Assembly: GCA_050253335.1 (NCBI GenBank)
Contig: JBFWJG010000055.1
Span: forward strand, 1-13,516
Length of the DNA: 13,516 bases
Source: Deferribacterales bacterium
GTDB taxonomy: Bacteria; Chrysiogenota; Deferribacteres; Deferribacterales; Geovibrionaceae
Reading direction: 5' to 3'
Shown: positions 6,816-13,516 of the stretch, in pieces
Layout of the letters: every line of letters starts with the position of its first letter
How positions within the stretch are numbered: the stretch's first letter is position 1
Made by a program: the position numbers and the translations under genes
The notes under the pieces: model-generated
The model's database searches: none
What the model saw: only the letters and a program-made list of their open reading frames with translations
What the model was told of the DNA's origin: nothing

Positions 6816-6958
6816 AATCCCACGGAAGGGATTCCGCCGTGCGGAGCGAAGACGCACTCTGTGCGGCGCGAGCGTGTGAGTAAAAAACACAGGATGTAGT
6901 TTTTTACGAACTATTGTAAAAATAAGAGAATCACCTTAAATTTTTGAGGCAGTTCTAG
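6783..6958 (+). repeat. 33-bp direct repeat of the pheS 3' end (6783-6815 and 6926-6958) flanking a 110-bp insert
   Basis: GAGAATCACCTTAAATTTTTGAGGCAGTT[T/C]TAG with one mismatch. It ends exactly at the pheS TAG; the second copy runs into the pheT SD (AGGAG). Confidence 0.97.
6816..6925 (+). mobile_element. Structured ~110-bp insertion element, copy 3
   Basis: Hairpin GAATCCC-ACGGAA-GGGATTC (6815-6834), CGCCGTGCG (6835-6843), AGCGAAG (6845-6851), hairpin CGCAC-TCT-GTGCG, GAGCGTGT (6870-6877), stem GTAAAAAAC/GTTTTTTAC around ACAGGATGT (6889-6897). Flanked by a 33-bp direct repeat. Confidence 0.75.
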
Positions 6959-6969
6959 GAGTTAATATA

Positions 6970-9345
6970 ATGAAAGTCTGCGTAAGCTGGTTAAATGAAT
7001 TTGTAGATATATCAGGCATAGAAATAAATGACCTCTGCCACAGGCTCACCATGGCAGGGCTTGAGATCGAAGGGGTACATAAATCCGAAAGGGCTGAAAA
7101 CACCGTAGTTGCGAAGGTTCTCCACCGTGAGAAACACCCCGATGCCGACAAGCTCTCCCTTTGCAGAGTTACGGACGGAACAGAGGAATATCAGGTTGTC
7201 TGCGGTGCGCCGAACGTTGCGGCTGGGCAGACTATCCCTTTTGCCAAAATAGATGCCGTTCTCCCCGGCAATTTCAAAATCAAGAGAGCAAAAATCCGCG
7301 GAATAGAATCCTGCGGGATGATCTGCTCCGAGGCTGAACTCGGTCTGGCGGAAAAGTCGGACGGAATAATGCCTCTGCCCGAATCTCTCCCCCTCGGTGC
7401 GGACATAAACGAGATTCTCGGTCTGGGCGATACAGTGCTTGAGGTGTCCATAACTCCTAACAGGTCGGACTGCCTCAGCGTTGTGGGCATTGCCCGTGAA
7501 ATCGCCGCCATATACGGCCGCCCTCTGAAAACAAAGGAATTCAAGCTTGAGGAAACGGCTGATGCCGCTTCAAACTACTCATATGTAAAAGTTAATGATG
7601 AAGAAAAATGCCCTGTTTATCTCGGCAGGGTGATAAAAGGCGTTAAAATCGCCCCGTCCCCCCTCTGGGTGCAGAACAGACTGCGCGCCGCAGGCGTGCG
7701 CCCCATAAACAACGTTGTGGATGTAACCAACTACGTTATGTTCGAGTACGGTCAGCCGCTCCATACATTTGATCTGCGCATGATAAAAAACGGCATAATA
7801 GTCCGCAACGCCGCAGAAGGCGAAAAGCTTCTCACCCTTGATGAAAAGGAGAGGGTGCTGAAAGATTACATGCTTCTCATCTGCGATGAGGAAAAAGCGC
7901 TTGCAGTGGCCGGAATCATGGGCGGCGAACATTCGGGCATAAGTGACGACACCACGGATGTTTTCCTTGAGTGCGCATATTTCAAACCCGAAAGCACACG
8001 CCTCACCGCCAGAAGGCTCGGCATGCAGACCGATTCATCCTACAGATACGAAAGGGGAATCGACCCTGTAAACACAATCCGCATGGTAGACTACGCGGCA
8101 AGCCTTCTTGCCTCATTCGCAGGCGGCTCAGTTTGCAGGGGCGTTCTTTCCAATGACTATAAAAAAGTTACCAAGCCCGAAGTTGTGTTCACACCCGAAA
8201 AGGTAAATGCTCTCCTCGGCACAGATATAAGTACAGATGAAATGCTGAAAATCCTCGCCTCCGTGGGGATGGATGCAGAAAAATGCTCGGAAGGCTACAA
8301 AGTCTCATCCCCTTCATGGAGGGTGGACATCGAAAGATGGCAGGATGTGGCGGAAGAAGTTGCAAGGCTTTACGGCTATGACAACATCAAGGCAACCGTG
8401 CCTCTCATCCCCGCTGACAGTGACAGGCTCATGCCTCTGCTCACGCATAAAAGACTGCTCCAGAACAAGCTCGCCTCACTCGGCTTTTCCGAGGCGGTGA
8501 ACTATTCCTTCATGAGCGACAAATTTTTAAGCATCTTTGATGATAAAGAACGCTTCGTAATCCTCAAAAACCCCATTTCAGAGGATATGAACGCACTCCG
8601 CACATACGTTTTCCCCGGCGTTGTATCAACCATACTCTACAATGTAAACCGCGGAGCAAAAGCGGCTAATATATTCGAAATATCATCAGTTTACATAAAA
8701 GACGGTGAAGGCATCCCCCATCAGGAAACAAGGCTCGCCTTTGCTGTTTACGGCGGTTACTGGGGTCTCTCATGGAACACCAAGCCCGTTGAGGAAGCTT
8801 TCTACGCCGTTAAGGGCATGGTGGAAAACATTCTCGCCGGCTATAACCTCGGCAAAGTAAGCTATGTCCGTTCCGAAAGGGCGTTCATGCATCCCGGCAA
8901 ATCCGCCGAAATAATGCTGGACGGCGAATCTCTCGGCTTCTTCGGTGAGCTCCACCCCGACACTCTTGAGGCTGTGGATTCCGATCAGCCCTTATGTGTC
9001 TGCGAGATTTTCCTTGAAAAACTCCTCGCAAAAGGGCTTGATAAAAAGAAATATTCCAAGTTCTCCAAACTGCCCACAGTGTTTAAGGATTTCTCCATCG
9101 CCGTGTCAAAGTCAGTCCGCTCTGCGGATATAACAGATGCGGTATCAAAAGAGAGCAAACTCATTGAAAGCGTTACCCTCTTTGATACCTACTCCGGCAA
9201 AGGGCTTGGAGAAGACGAGATAAGCCTCGCGTTCAGAATCTTCTTCTCAGACCCTGAAAAAACTCTGACGGATGAGGAAACCAACGCCGTTCTCAGAAAC
9301 GCCATAGCAAAACTGGAAAAAGACTTCGGCGCAAGACTGCGTTAA
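6970..9345 (+). CDS. pheT: Phenylalanyl-tRNA synthetase beta subunit
   Basis: HPDADKL, VVCGAPNV, IRGIESCGMICS, ITPNRSDCLS..GIARE, NNVVDVTNYVM.EYGQPLHTFD, RYERGID, EEVARLYGYDNI, C-terminal FDX-ACB domain (KTLTDEE...GARLR). Confidence 0.99.
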   Translation: MKVCVSWLNEFVDISGIEINDLCHRLTMAGLEIEGVHKSERAENTVVAKVLHREKHPDADKLSLCRVTDGTEEYQVVCGAPNVAAGQTIPFAKIDAVLPGNFKIKRAKIRGIESCGMICSEAELGLAEKSDGIMPLPESLPLGADINEILGLGDTVLEVSITPNRSDCLSVVGIAREIAAIYGRPLKTKEFKLEETADAASNYSYVKVNDEEKCPVYLGRVIKGVKIAPSPLWVQNRLRAAGVRPINNVVDVTNYVMFEYGQPLHTFDLRMIKNGIIVRNAAEGEKLLTLDEKERVLKDYMLLICDEEKALAVAGIMGGEHSGISDDTTDVFLECAYFKPESTRLTARRLGMQTDSSYRYERGIDPVNTIRMVDYAASLLASFAGGSVCRGVLSNDYKKVTKPEVVFTPEKVNALLGTDISTDEMLKILASVGMDAEKCSEGYKVSSPSWRVDIERWQDVAEEVARLYGYDNIKATVPLIPADSDRLMPLLTHKRLLQNKLASLGFSEAVNYSFMSDKFLSIFDDKERFVILKNPISEDMNALRTYVFPGVVSTILYNVNRGAKAANIFEISSVYIKDGEGIPHQETRLAFAVYGGYWGLSWNTKPVEEAFYAVKGMVENILAGYNLGKVSYVRSERAFMHPGKSAEIMLDGESLGFFGELHPDTLEAVDSDQPLCVCEIFLEKLLAKGLDKKKYSKFSKLPTVFKDFSIAVSKSVRSADITDAVSKESKLIESVTLFDTYSGKGLGEDEISLAFRIFFSDPEKTLTDEETNAVLRNAIAKLEKDFGARLR

Positions 9346-9391
9346 AGTAATTTGGATTTTTTGATCTCAGGTTTCAGAAGTATGCAAATAT

Positions 9392-9429
9392 TTTCAGGGG
9401 AACTTTTTAGGAACAAAGTTCCCCTGAAA
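9392..9429. repeat. 15-bp perfect inverted repeat downstream of pheT (hairpin or REP-like unit)
   Basis: TTTCAGGGGAACTTT-TTAGGAAC-AAAGTTCCCCTGAAA, followed by CCCCTCAAAAACT; no U-tract directly after the stem on +. Confidence 0.75.
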
Positions 9430-9478
9430 CCCCTCAAAAACTCAGCTTCTTTTTTAAATTAATTTCGGAGGATTATAA

Positions 9479-9670
9479 GTGATTAGAGTCGAATTCAGCG
9501 ACGGCAGGGCAGAGGAAGTCTCCCCCGCTCCGCTTAAAGATATATTAAAAAAGCTCAACCTGAAGGAGTCGACCACCCTTGTGACAAGGGACGGCGAGCT
9601 TCTTACCCATGATATTCATGTTTACAGCGGGCAGACGATCAAAATCATAAACGTTGTGAGCGGCGGCTGA
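9479..9670 (+). CDS. ttuB: Ubiquitin-like sulfur carrier (ThiS/MoaD fold), TtuB-like
   Basis: 63 aa ending VVSGG; GTG start after GGAGG; its stop overlaps the ttuA start (TGATG). The symbol is assigned from context. Confidence 0.8.
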   Translation: MIRVEFSDGRAEEVSPAPLKDILKKLNLKESTTLVTRDGELLTHDIHVYSGQTIKIINVVSGG

Positions 9671-10563
9671 TGAAGTGTGTGAAATGTAAGGGCGATGCGG
9701 TGATAAACATCCGCAGAGCCAATGCCGCCTTCTGCAAAGAGCATTTTAATGAGTATTTCATTGAGCAGACACTGAAATCCATCAAGCAATATAAAATGTT
9801 CCGCAAGACAGACAAGATCATGGTTTGTGTCTCCGGCGGGAAGGACAGCCTTGTTCTCTGGCATGTGCTCCACAATCTCGGATGCGATGTAACCGGAATG
9901 TATGTTGATCTTGGAATAAACGGATATTCAGACCGCTCAAAGGATAAGGTAACAGCCTTTGCCGAAAAATTCGGGCTGAAATCGATAATAGTCGATCTCC
10001 GTGAGAAGGGGCATCCTGTTCCTTTTGCCGCCAGAAGGGCAAAAAGGGAGGACTGCGCAGTTTGCGGAACAATCAAGAGATACTATTTCAACAAAACAGC
10101 ATACGACGGCGGGTTTGATGTGGTTGCGACAGGGCATAATCTGGATGATGAATCCTCCCGCCTTCTGGCAAACATAATGCACTGGCATGATGAATACATG
10201 GACAACACCTACCCTGTGCTCCCTGCCGGAGGAAACACGCTGAAAAAGAAGGTGAAGCCCCTTGTGCGCCTCACCGAGAGGGAAACAGCGGCATTTGCCA
10301 TCCTCAACGGAATAGACTATGTCATGGAGGAGTGCCCCATGAGTAAGGGCGCAACAAGCCTTATTTTCAAGGAGGCGCTCAGTACAATCGAAGAAAATAT
10401 GCCCGGCACCGAGATTTTCTTTTATACAAAGTTTCTCGACAGGGTTAAGGATAAAGACCGCTCAAAAGCAAATCAGGAAGAAATGAAAATATGTCAGACC
10501 TGCGGAATGGAATCCTTCATGGATAAATGCACATTCTGCCGTCTGGTGGAGAAAGTTAAATGA
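9670..10563 (+). CDS. ttuA: tRNA 2-thiolation enzyme of the TtuA/Ncs6 type
   Basis: N-terminal CxxC...CxxHF Zn finger, PP-loop SGGKDS, CAVC plus EECP (three Fe-S ligands), ATGHNLDDE, KPL...ERE, C-terminal CxxC...CxxC Zn finger. The two Zn fingers distinguish it from TtcA. Confidence 0.88.
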   Translation: MKCVKCKGDAVINIRRANAAFCKEHFNEYFIEQTLKSIKQYKMFRKTDKIMVCVSGGKDSLVLWHVLHNLGCDVTGMYVDLGINGYSDRSKDKVTAFAEKFGLKSIIVDLREKGHPVPFAARRAKREDCAVCGTIKRYYFNKTAYDGGFDVVATGHNLDDESSRLLANIMHWHDEYMDNTYPVLPAGGNTLKKKVKPLVRLTERETAAFAILNGIDYVMEECPMSKGATSLIFKEALSTIEENMPGTEIFFYTKFLDRVKDKDRSKANQEEMKICQTCGMESFMDKCTFCRLVEKVK

Positions 10564-11414
10564 ATAAAATAGAATACGGAACCAACGTCATTCTTATTGA
10601 CGAGGAAAGAGGCAAGCGCCACATGACCAAGCTGCGTGAGGGGCTGCGCTTCACCACTCAGTACGGCTTCATAGAGCATGACGAAATAGTGAAAGTGCTG
10701 GACGGCGGAATAATCACCGCTTCAAAGGGTGTCCGCTACAGGGTGCTCAAACCCACTTACATCGACTACATTATGAACATCAAGCGCCGCGCGCAGATCA
10801 TTTATCCGAAAGACACAGCGGCAATGCTCATGGAGGGGGATATATACCCCGGGCTTAATGTTCTTGAGGCTGGAGTGGGGCAGGGCGCGCTTTCCATAGC
10901 TATCCTCCGCGCGCTCGGCAGGCAGGGAACGCTGACCAGCTACGAACTCCGTGAGGATTTTGCGGGGGATGCGGCAAAATTTATAGCTGAGTTTTACGGC
11001 GATGCGCCCAACCACGATATTCAGGTTCGCAACATATATGAAGGCATAGACGGTGAGTACGACAGGGTTCTGCTTGATCTGCCCGAACCTTGGCAGGTTG
11101 TTCCGCATCTTGAGACAGGGCTTCGTCAGGGCGGGCTTCTTGTTTGTTATCTGCCTACAATCCTTCAGGTTAAGTCATGCGTGGATGCACTGCGTGAGGC
11201 GGGCTGTTTCGATGAGATAAACTCTTTCGAGCTTATCAAACGCCCGTGGAAGGTGGACGGCAGGTCTGTAAGGCCTGAGATGTGGACATTCAACCACAGT
11301 GCATTCATAATAACCTGCCGCAAGGTGGAGAAAATGATGCCCAAAGTGAAGGCGGAAAAAGCTGAAGTTTCGGAAGAGCTTGAAGAAAATTACGAAATAC
11401 CCGAAGAGGAATAG
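10560..11414 (+). CDS. trmI: tRNA (adenine58-N1)-methyltransferase (TrmI/Gcd14 family)
   Basis: AQIIYPKD, VLEAGVGQGAL (SAM motif I), SYELREDF, LDLPEPW, YLPTILQV, VRPE..HSAF; ATGA overlap with ttuA. Confidence 0.93.
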   Translation: MNKIEYGTNVILIDEERGKRHMTKLREGLRFTTQYGFIEHDEIVKVLDGGIITASKGVRYRVLKPTYIDYIMNIKRRAQIIYPKDTAAMLMEGDIYPGLNVLEAGVGQGALSIAILRALGRQGTLTSYELREDFAGDAAKFIAEFYGDAPNHDIQVRNIYEGIDGEYDRVLLDLPEPWQVVPHLETGLRQGGLLVCYLPTILQVKSCVDALREAGCFDEINSFELIKRPWKVDGRSVRPEMWTFNHSAFIITCRKVEKMMPKVKAEKAEVSEELEENYEIPEEE

Positions 11415-11424
11415 AAAAGGACAA

Positions 11425-11452
11425 AGGGGCGGTGAAACGGTTTACCGCTCCT
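11425..11452. terminator. Hairpin between the convergent trmI and small membrane gene; possible bidirectional terminator
   Basis: AGGGGCGGTGAA-ACGG-TTTACCGCTCCT: 12 bp with two G-U pairs on +. T-rich tail on the minus strand (TTGTCCTTTT). Confidence 0.5.
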
Positions 11453-11711
11453 GCTGTTCCCCGCTTCGGCGAAGTTTAATCCGGTAGCCTGCCATCTGTC
11501 CTATTATGCTCATCACCAGAAACAGCGGTGCATACGCCCACGGCGTGTGCGTGCTTATCCTTATAACAGCAACGAAAACAATCGGTATATGTATGCAGGC
11601 GAACCATGGAAGCGAAAACCTTCTGGTGAAGCGTCTGAGATAACCGAACGGCAGGTTCAGAATCACCGCCGCAATACATATAAGAGCTATTATGCCTTGA
11701 ATGTCTGTCAT
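11442..11711 (-). CDS. Small hypothetical membrane protein (about 3 TM segments)
   Basis: 89 aa with hydrophobic segments separated by basic loops (NLPFGYLRRFTRRFSLPWFACIHIP); fills the gap without overlapping its neighbours. Confidence 0.75.
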   Translation of the reverse strand: MTDIQGIIALICIAAVILNLPFGYLRRFTRRFSLPWFACIHIPIVFVAVIRISTHTPWAYAPLFLVMSIIGQMAGYRIKLRRSGEQQER

Positions 11712-11799
11712 GGTTAATATATATGTGCATAATACGGATAAGTAAACGGAAATGTTGTAAATAAATGTTGCCGCGAAACACGCGGCGGGGCGGATTCAG

Positions 11800-12168
11800 G
11801 TGAAAATTCTTCTCATCGGCCTTGGCGGTTTTTTAGGAGCAGTAGCAAGATACGGAGTGTCAAAGGCTTCACTATTTATAATGGGCGGCCGTTTCCCTCT
11901 GGGAACATTCTTTGTAAACGTATCAGGCTCATTCCTCCTCGGCTGTGTTATGGGTTCGCTTTTCTTCCGGAGCACATCGGGCGAAAACCTGCGGCTGCTT
12001 ATCGGAACCGGTTTTCTCGGCGCCTTCACAACCTTTTCAACCTTCAGTGTTGAGACAATCCTGCTTTTTGACGAAGGCAGATATCTTGCCGGTTCGGCAA
12101 ACGTATTCGCAAATCTCTTTTTAAGCCTGGCTGCCGCTCTTGTCGGCATGTGGCTTGTGAAACAATAG
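11800..12168 (+). CDS. crcB: Fluoride efflux channel Fluc/CrcB
   Basis: GGFLGAVARY, FPLGTFFVNVSGSFLLG, TGFLGAFTTFSTF; 122 aa with four hydrophobic helices. Confidence 0.97.
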   Translation: MKILLIGLGGFLGAVARYGVSKASLFIMGGRFPLGTFFVNVSGSFLLGCVMGSLFFRSTSGENLRLLIGTGFLGAFTTFSTFSVETILLFDEGRYLAGSANVFANLFLSLAAALVGMWLVKQ

Positions 12169-12179
12169 GAGCATATATA

Positions 12180-13241
12180 ATGGGCGGAAGCATATTCGGC
12201 AGAAATTTCAGAATAGCAACTTTCGGCGAAAGCCACGGGAAGTCGGTCGGTGTCGTGCTGGACGGATGTCCTGCGGGGCTGGAACTCACTGAGGATGATG
12301 TGCAGATTGAACTGAACCGCCGCCGTCCGGGGCAGAGCGATGTCAGCACTCCGAGGGATGAAAAGGACAGGGTGGAGTTCCACAGCGGAATATTCGAGGG
12401 CAAAACCACAGGCCACCCTATAATGATGCTTGTATATAATGAGAACCAGAGGTCAAAGGACTACAGCGAGGTCAAGGATCTCTTCCGCCCGGGGCACGCC
12501 GATTTCACATACACTTCCAAATACGGTCTGCGTGACTACAGAGGCGGCGGCAGAAGCTCCGCAAGGGAGACAATAGGGCGAGTATGCGCCGGTGCGGTTG
12601 CCAGAAAGCTTCTTGCGCGGAAAGGGATAAGCATCACAGCCCATGTAAAGCAGGTGGGAGATGTCAGAGCCGTTGAGTTTGACGCGGACTTCATCGAAAA
12701 AAATCCGGTTAGATGCGCAGACAGAAACGTTGCGGAAAAGATGAGAAGTCTTATATTAAGTATTTCGGAACAAGGCGACTCCATAGGAGCGGTTGTTGAA
12801 GTTATTATAAAGGGTGTACCCGTGGGAATCGGCGAGCCCGTTTTCGATCGGATCGAGGCGGAGCTGGCAAAGGCAATCCTTTCAATACCTGCCGTAAAGG
12901 GAATAGAGTTCGGCAGGGGTTTTGAAGCGGCAACTCTCAGAGGAAGCGAAAACAACGATGAAATATCGAAATACGGCTTCCTTTCCAATAATGCGGGCGG
13001 AACCCTCGGCGGTATCACAACAGGTCAGGACATTGTTTTCCGTTTCCCTGTAAAGCCAGCATCATCAATAACCGTACCCAAGAAAACAATTGATCTCTTC
13101 GGAAACGAGAGGGAGATAATCACCAGAGGGAGGCATGACGCATGTGTCGCCCCCAGAGTTGTCCCTGTCGCGGAAGCCATGTCGGCGCTTGTTCTGGCGG
13201 ATATGATGATGACTGATAACGCGGGCAGGAATCTTTTTTAA
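12180..13241 (+). CDS. aroC: Chorismate synthase
   Basis: FGESHG, RRRPGQS, RPGHAD, RGGGRSSARET, NNAGGTLGGIT, RGRHDAC. True start is ATG 12180 after AGGAG (12167-12171), not 12150. Confidence 0.99.
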   Translation: MGGSIFGRNFRIATFGESHGKSVGVVLDGCPAGLELTEDDVQIELNRRRPGQSDVSTPRDEKDRVEFHSGIFEGKTTGHPIMMLVYNENQRSKDYSEVKDLFRPGHADFTYTSKYGLRDYRGGGRSSARETIGRVCAGAVARKLLARKGISITAHVKQVGDVRAVEFDADFIEKNPVRCADRNVAEKMRSLILSISEQGDSIGAVVEVIIKGVPVGIGEPVFDRIEAELAKAILSIPAVKGIEFGRGFEAATLRGSENNDEISKYGFLSNNAGGTLGGITTGQDIVFRFPVKPASSITVPKKTIDLFGNEREIITRGRHDACVAPRVVPVAEAMSALVLADMMMTDNAGRNLF

Positions 13242-13296
13242 ATTTTCTTTAAAAAGATGTTGACTTAATCCTGCCGTTTTCGTATAACAACCTTCC
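13234..13296 (+). promoter_or_regulatory. Strong sigma70 promoter, rrn P1-like
   Basis: A/T-tract UP element, TTGACT (13260-13265)-N17-TATAAC (13283-13288), then AACCTTCC. Confidence 0.85.
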
Positions 13297-13389
13297 GCTG
13301 AGAGCCGGACTTGAATGTCGCGGAGAGCAGCGGAAAAGTTTAAAGAGTTAAGTTGTTTCACAAGAGAATATGCCGCGGAAAAGGTAAGC

Positions 13390-13447
13390 AAAACTTTTTA
13401 AAAAAGTAGTTGACATCTTTAGCGGAATTTCTTATAACTACCTTCCC
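13390..13447 (+). promoter_or_regulatory. Strong sigma70 promoter, rrn P2-like
   Basis: T5A6 UP element, TTGACA (13410-13415)-N17-TATAAC (13433-13438), then TACCTTCC; exactly 150 bp after the first promoter. Confidence 0.88.
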
Positions 13448-13483
13448 TTGGTGATGAGCTTTTTGGTTTTGAGCTGAGCGGGA

Positions 13484-13495
13484 AGTTGTTTGAAA
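13484..13495 (+). promoter_or_regulatory. boxA-like antitermination motif
   Basis: AGTTGTTTGAAA, preceded by a CTTCCC...GGGAAG stem (13442-13485). A related AGTTGTTTCACA lies at 13351-13362. Confidence 0.4.
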
Positions 13496-13516
13496 GAGAA
13501 TTTTGCTGAGGGTTTT

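Noticed and set aside
6816..6925. tRNA, T-box or pheM-type attenuator
   Set aside because: No cloverleaf, TTC-loop or CCA end; no T-box consensus; no Phe-rich peptide; homologous copies lie at non-phe loci.
9346..9478. ihfA or 6S RNA, often found after pheT
   Set aside because: The gap is only 133 bp with no ORF, and is too short for the long bulged rod of 6S RNA.
11712..11799. Fluoride riboswitch upstream of crcB
   Set aside because: The GGCGATGG...TAATGAC-type core and its pseudoknot pairing are not visible.
12150..12179. ORF-track start sites for aroC (12150), phosphoesterase (5607) and thrS (30)
   Set aside because: SD-supported starts lie at 12180 and 5592; thrS continues upstream of the window.
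296..13391. Numerous antisense or alternative-frame ORFs (e.g. 414-929, 2732-3262, 5907-6680, 11796-12416, 12536-13018, 13065-13391)
   Set aside because: Shadows of well-supported housekeeping genes or of the promoter region; no motifs of their own.

Overview
Bacterial housekeeping region of moderate GC content; a Deferribacterota-like anaerobe is my guess from protein style only. Gene order: 3' part of thrS, infC (probable non-canonical AUA start), rpmI, rplT, then an accessory interval holding a crotonase-family gene and a convergent Tat-lipoprotein metallophosphoesterase. After that come pheS, pheT, a translationally coupled ttuB-ttuA-trmI tRNA T-loop modification module, a small membrane protein, the fluoride channel crcB/fluC, aroC, and two tandem rRNA-type sigma70 promoters at the right edge. 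The most unusual signal is non-coding: three 106-110 bp elements (2203-2310, 2407-2512, 6816-6925). They share fixed motifs (AGCGAAG...GAGCGTGT...ACAG[G/A]A[T/C]GT) and hairpin stems whose sequences differ while pairing is kept. Each sits between long, site-specific direct repeats (28, 45/46 and 33 bp) that duplicate the end of a gene or a terminator. This looks like a short non-autonomous mobile element with long variable-length target duplications, no shared terminal inverted repeats and no transposase in the window.
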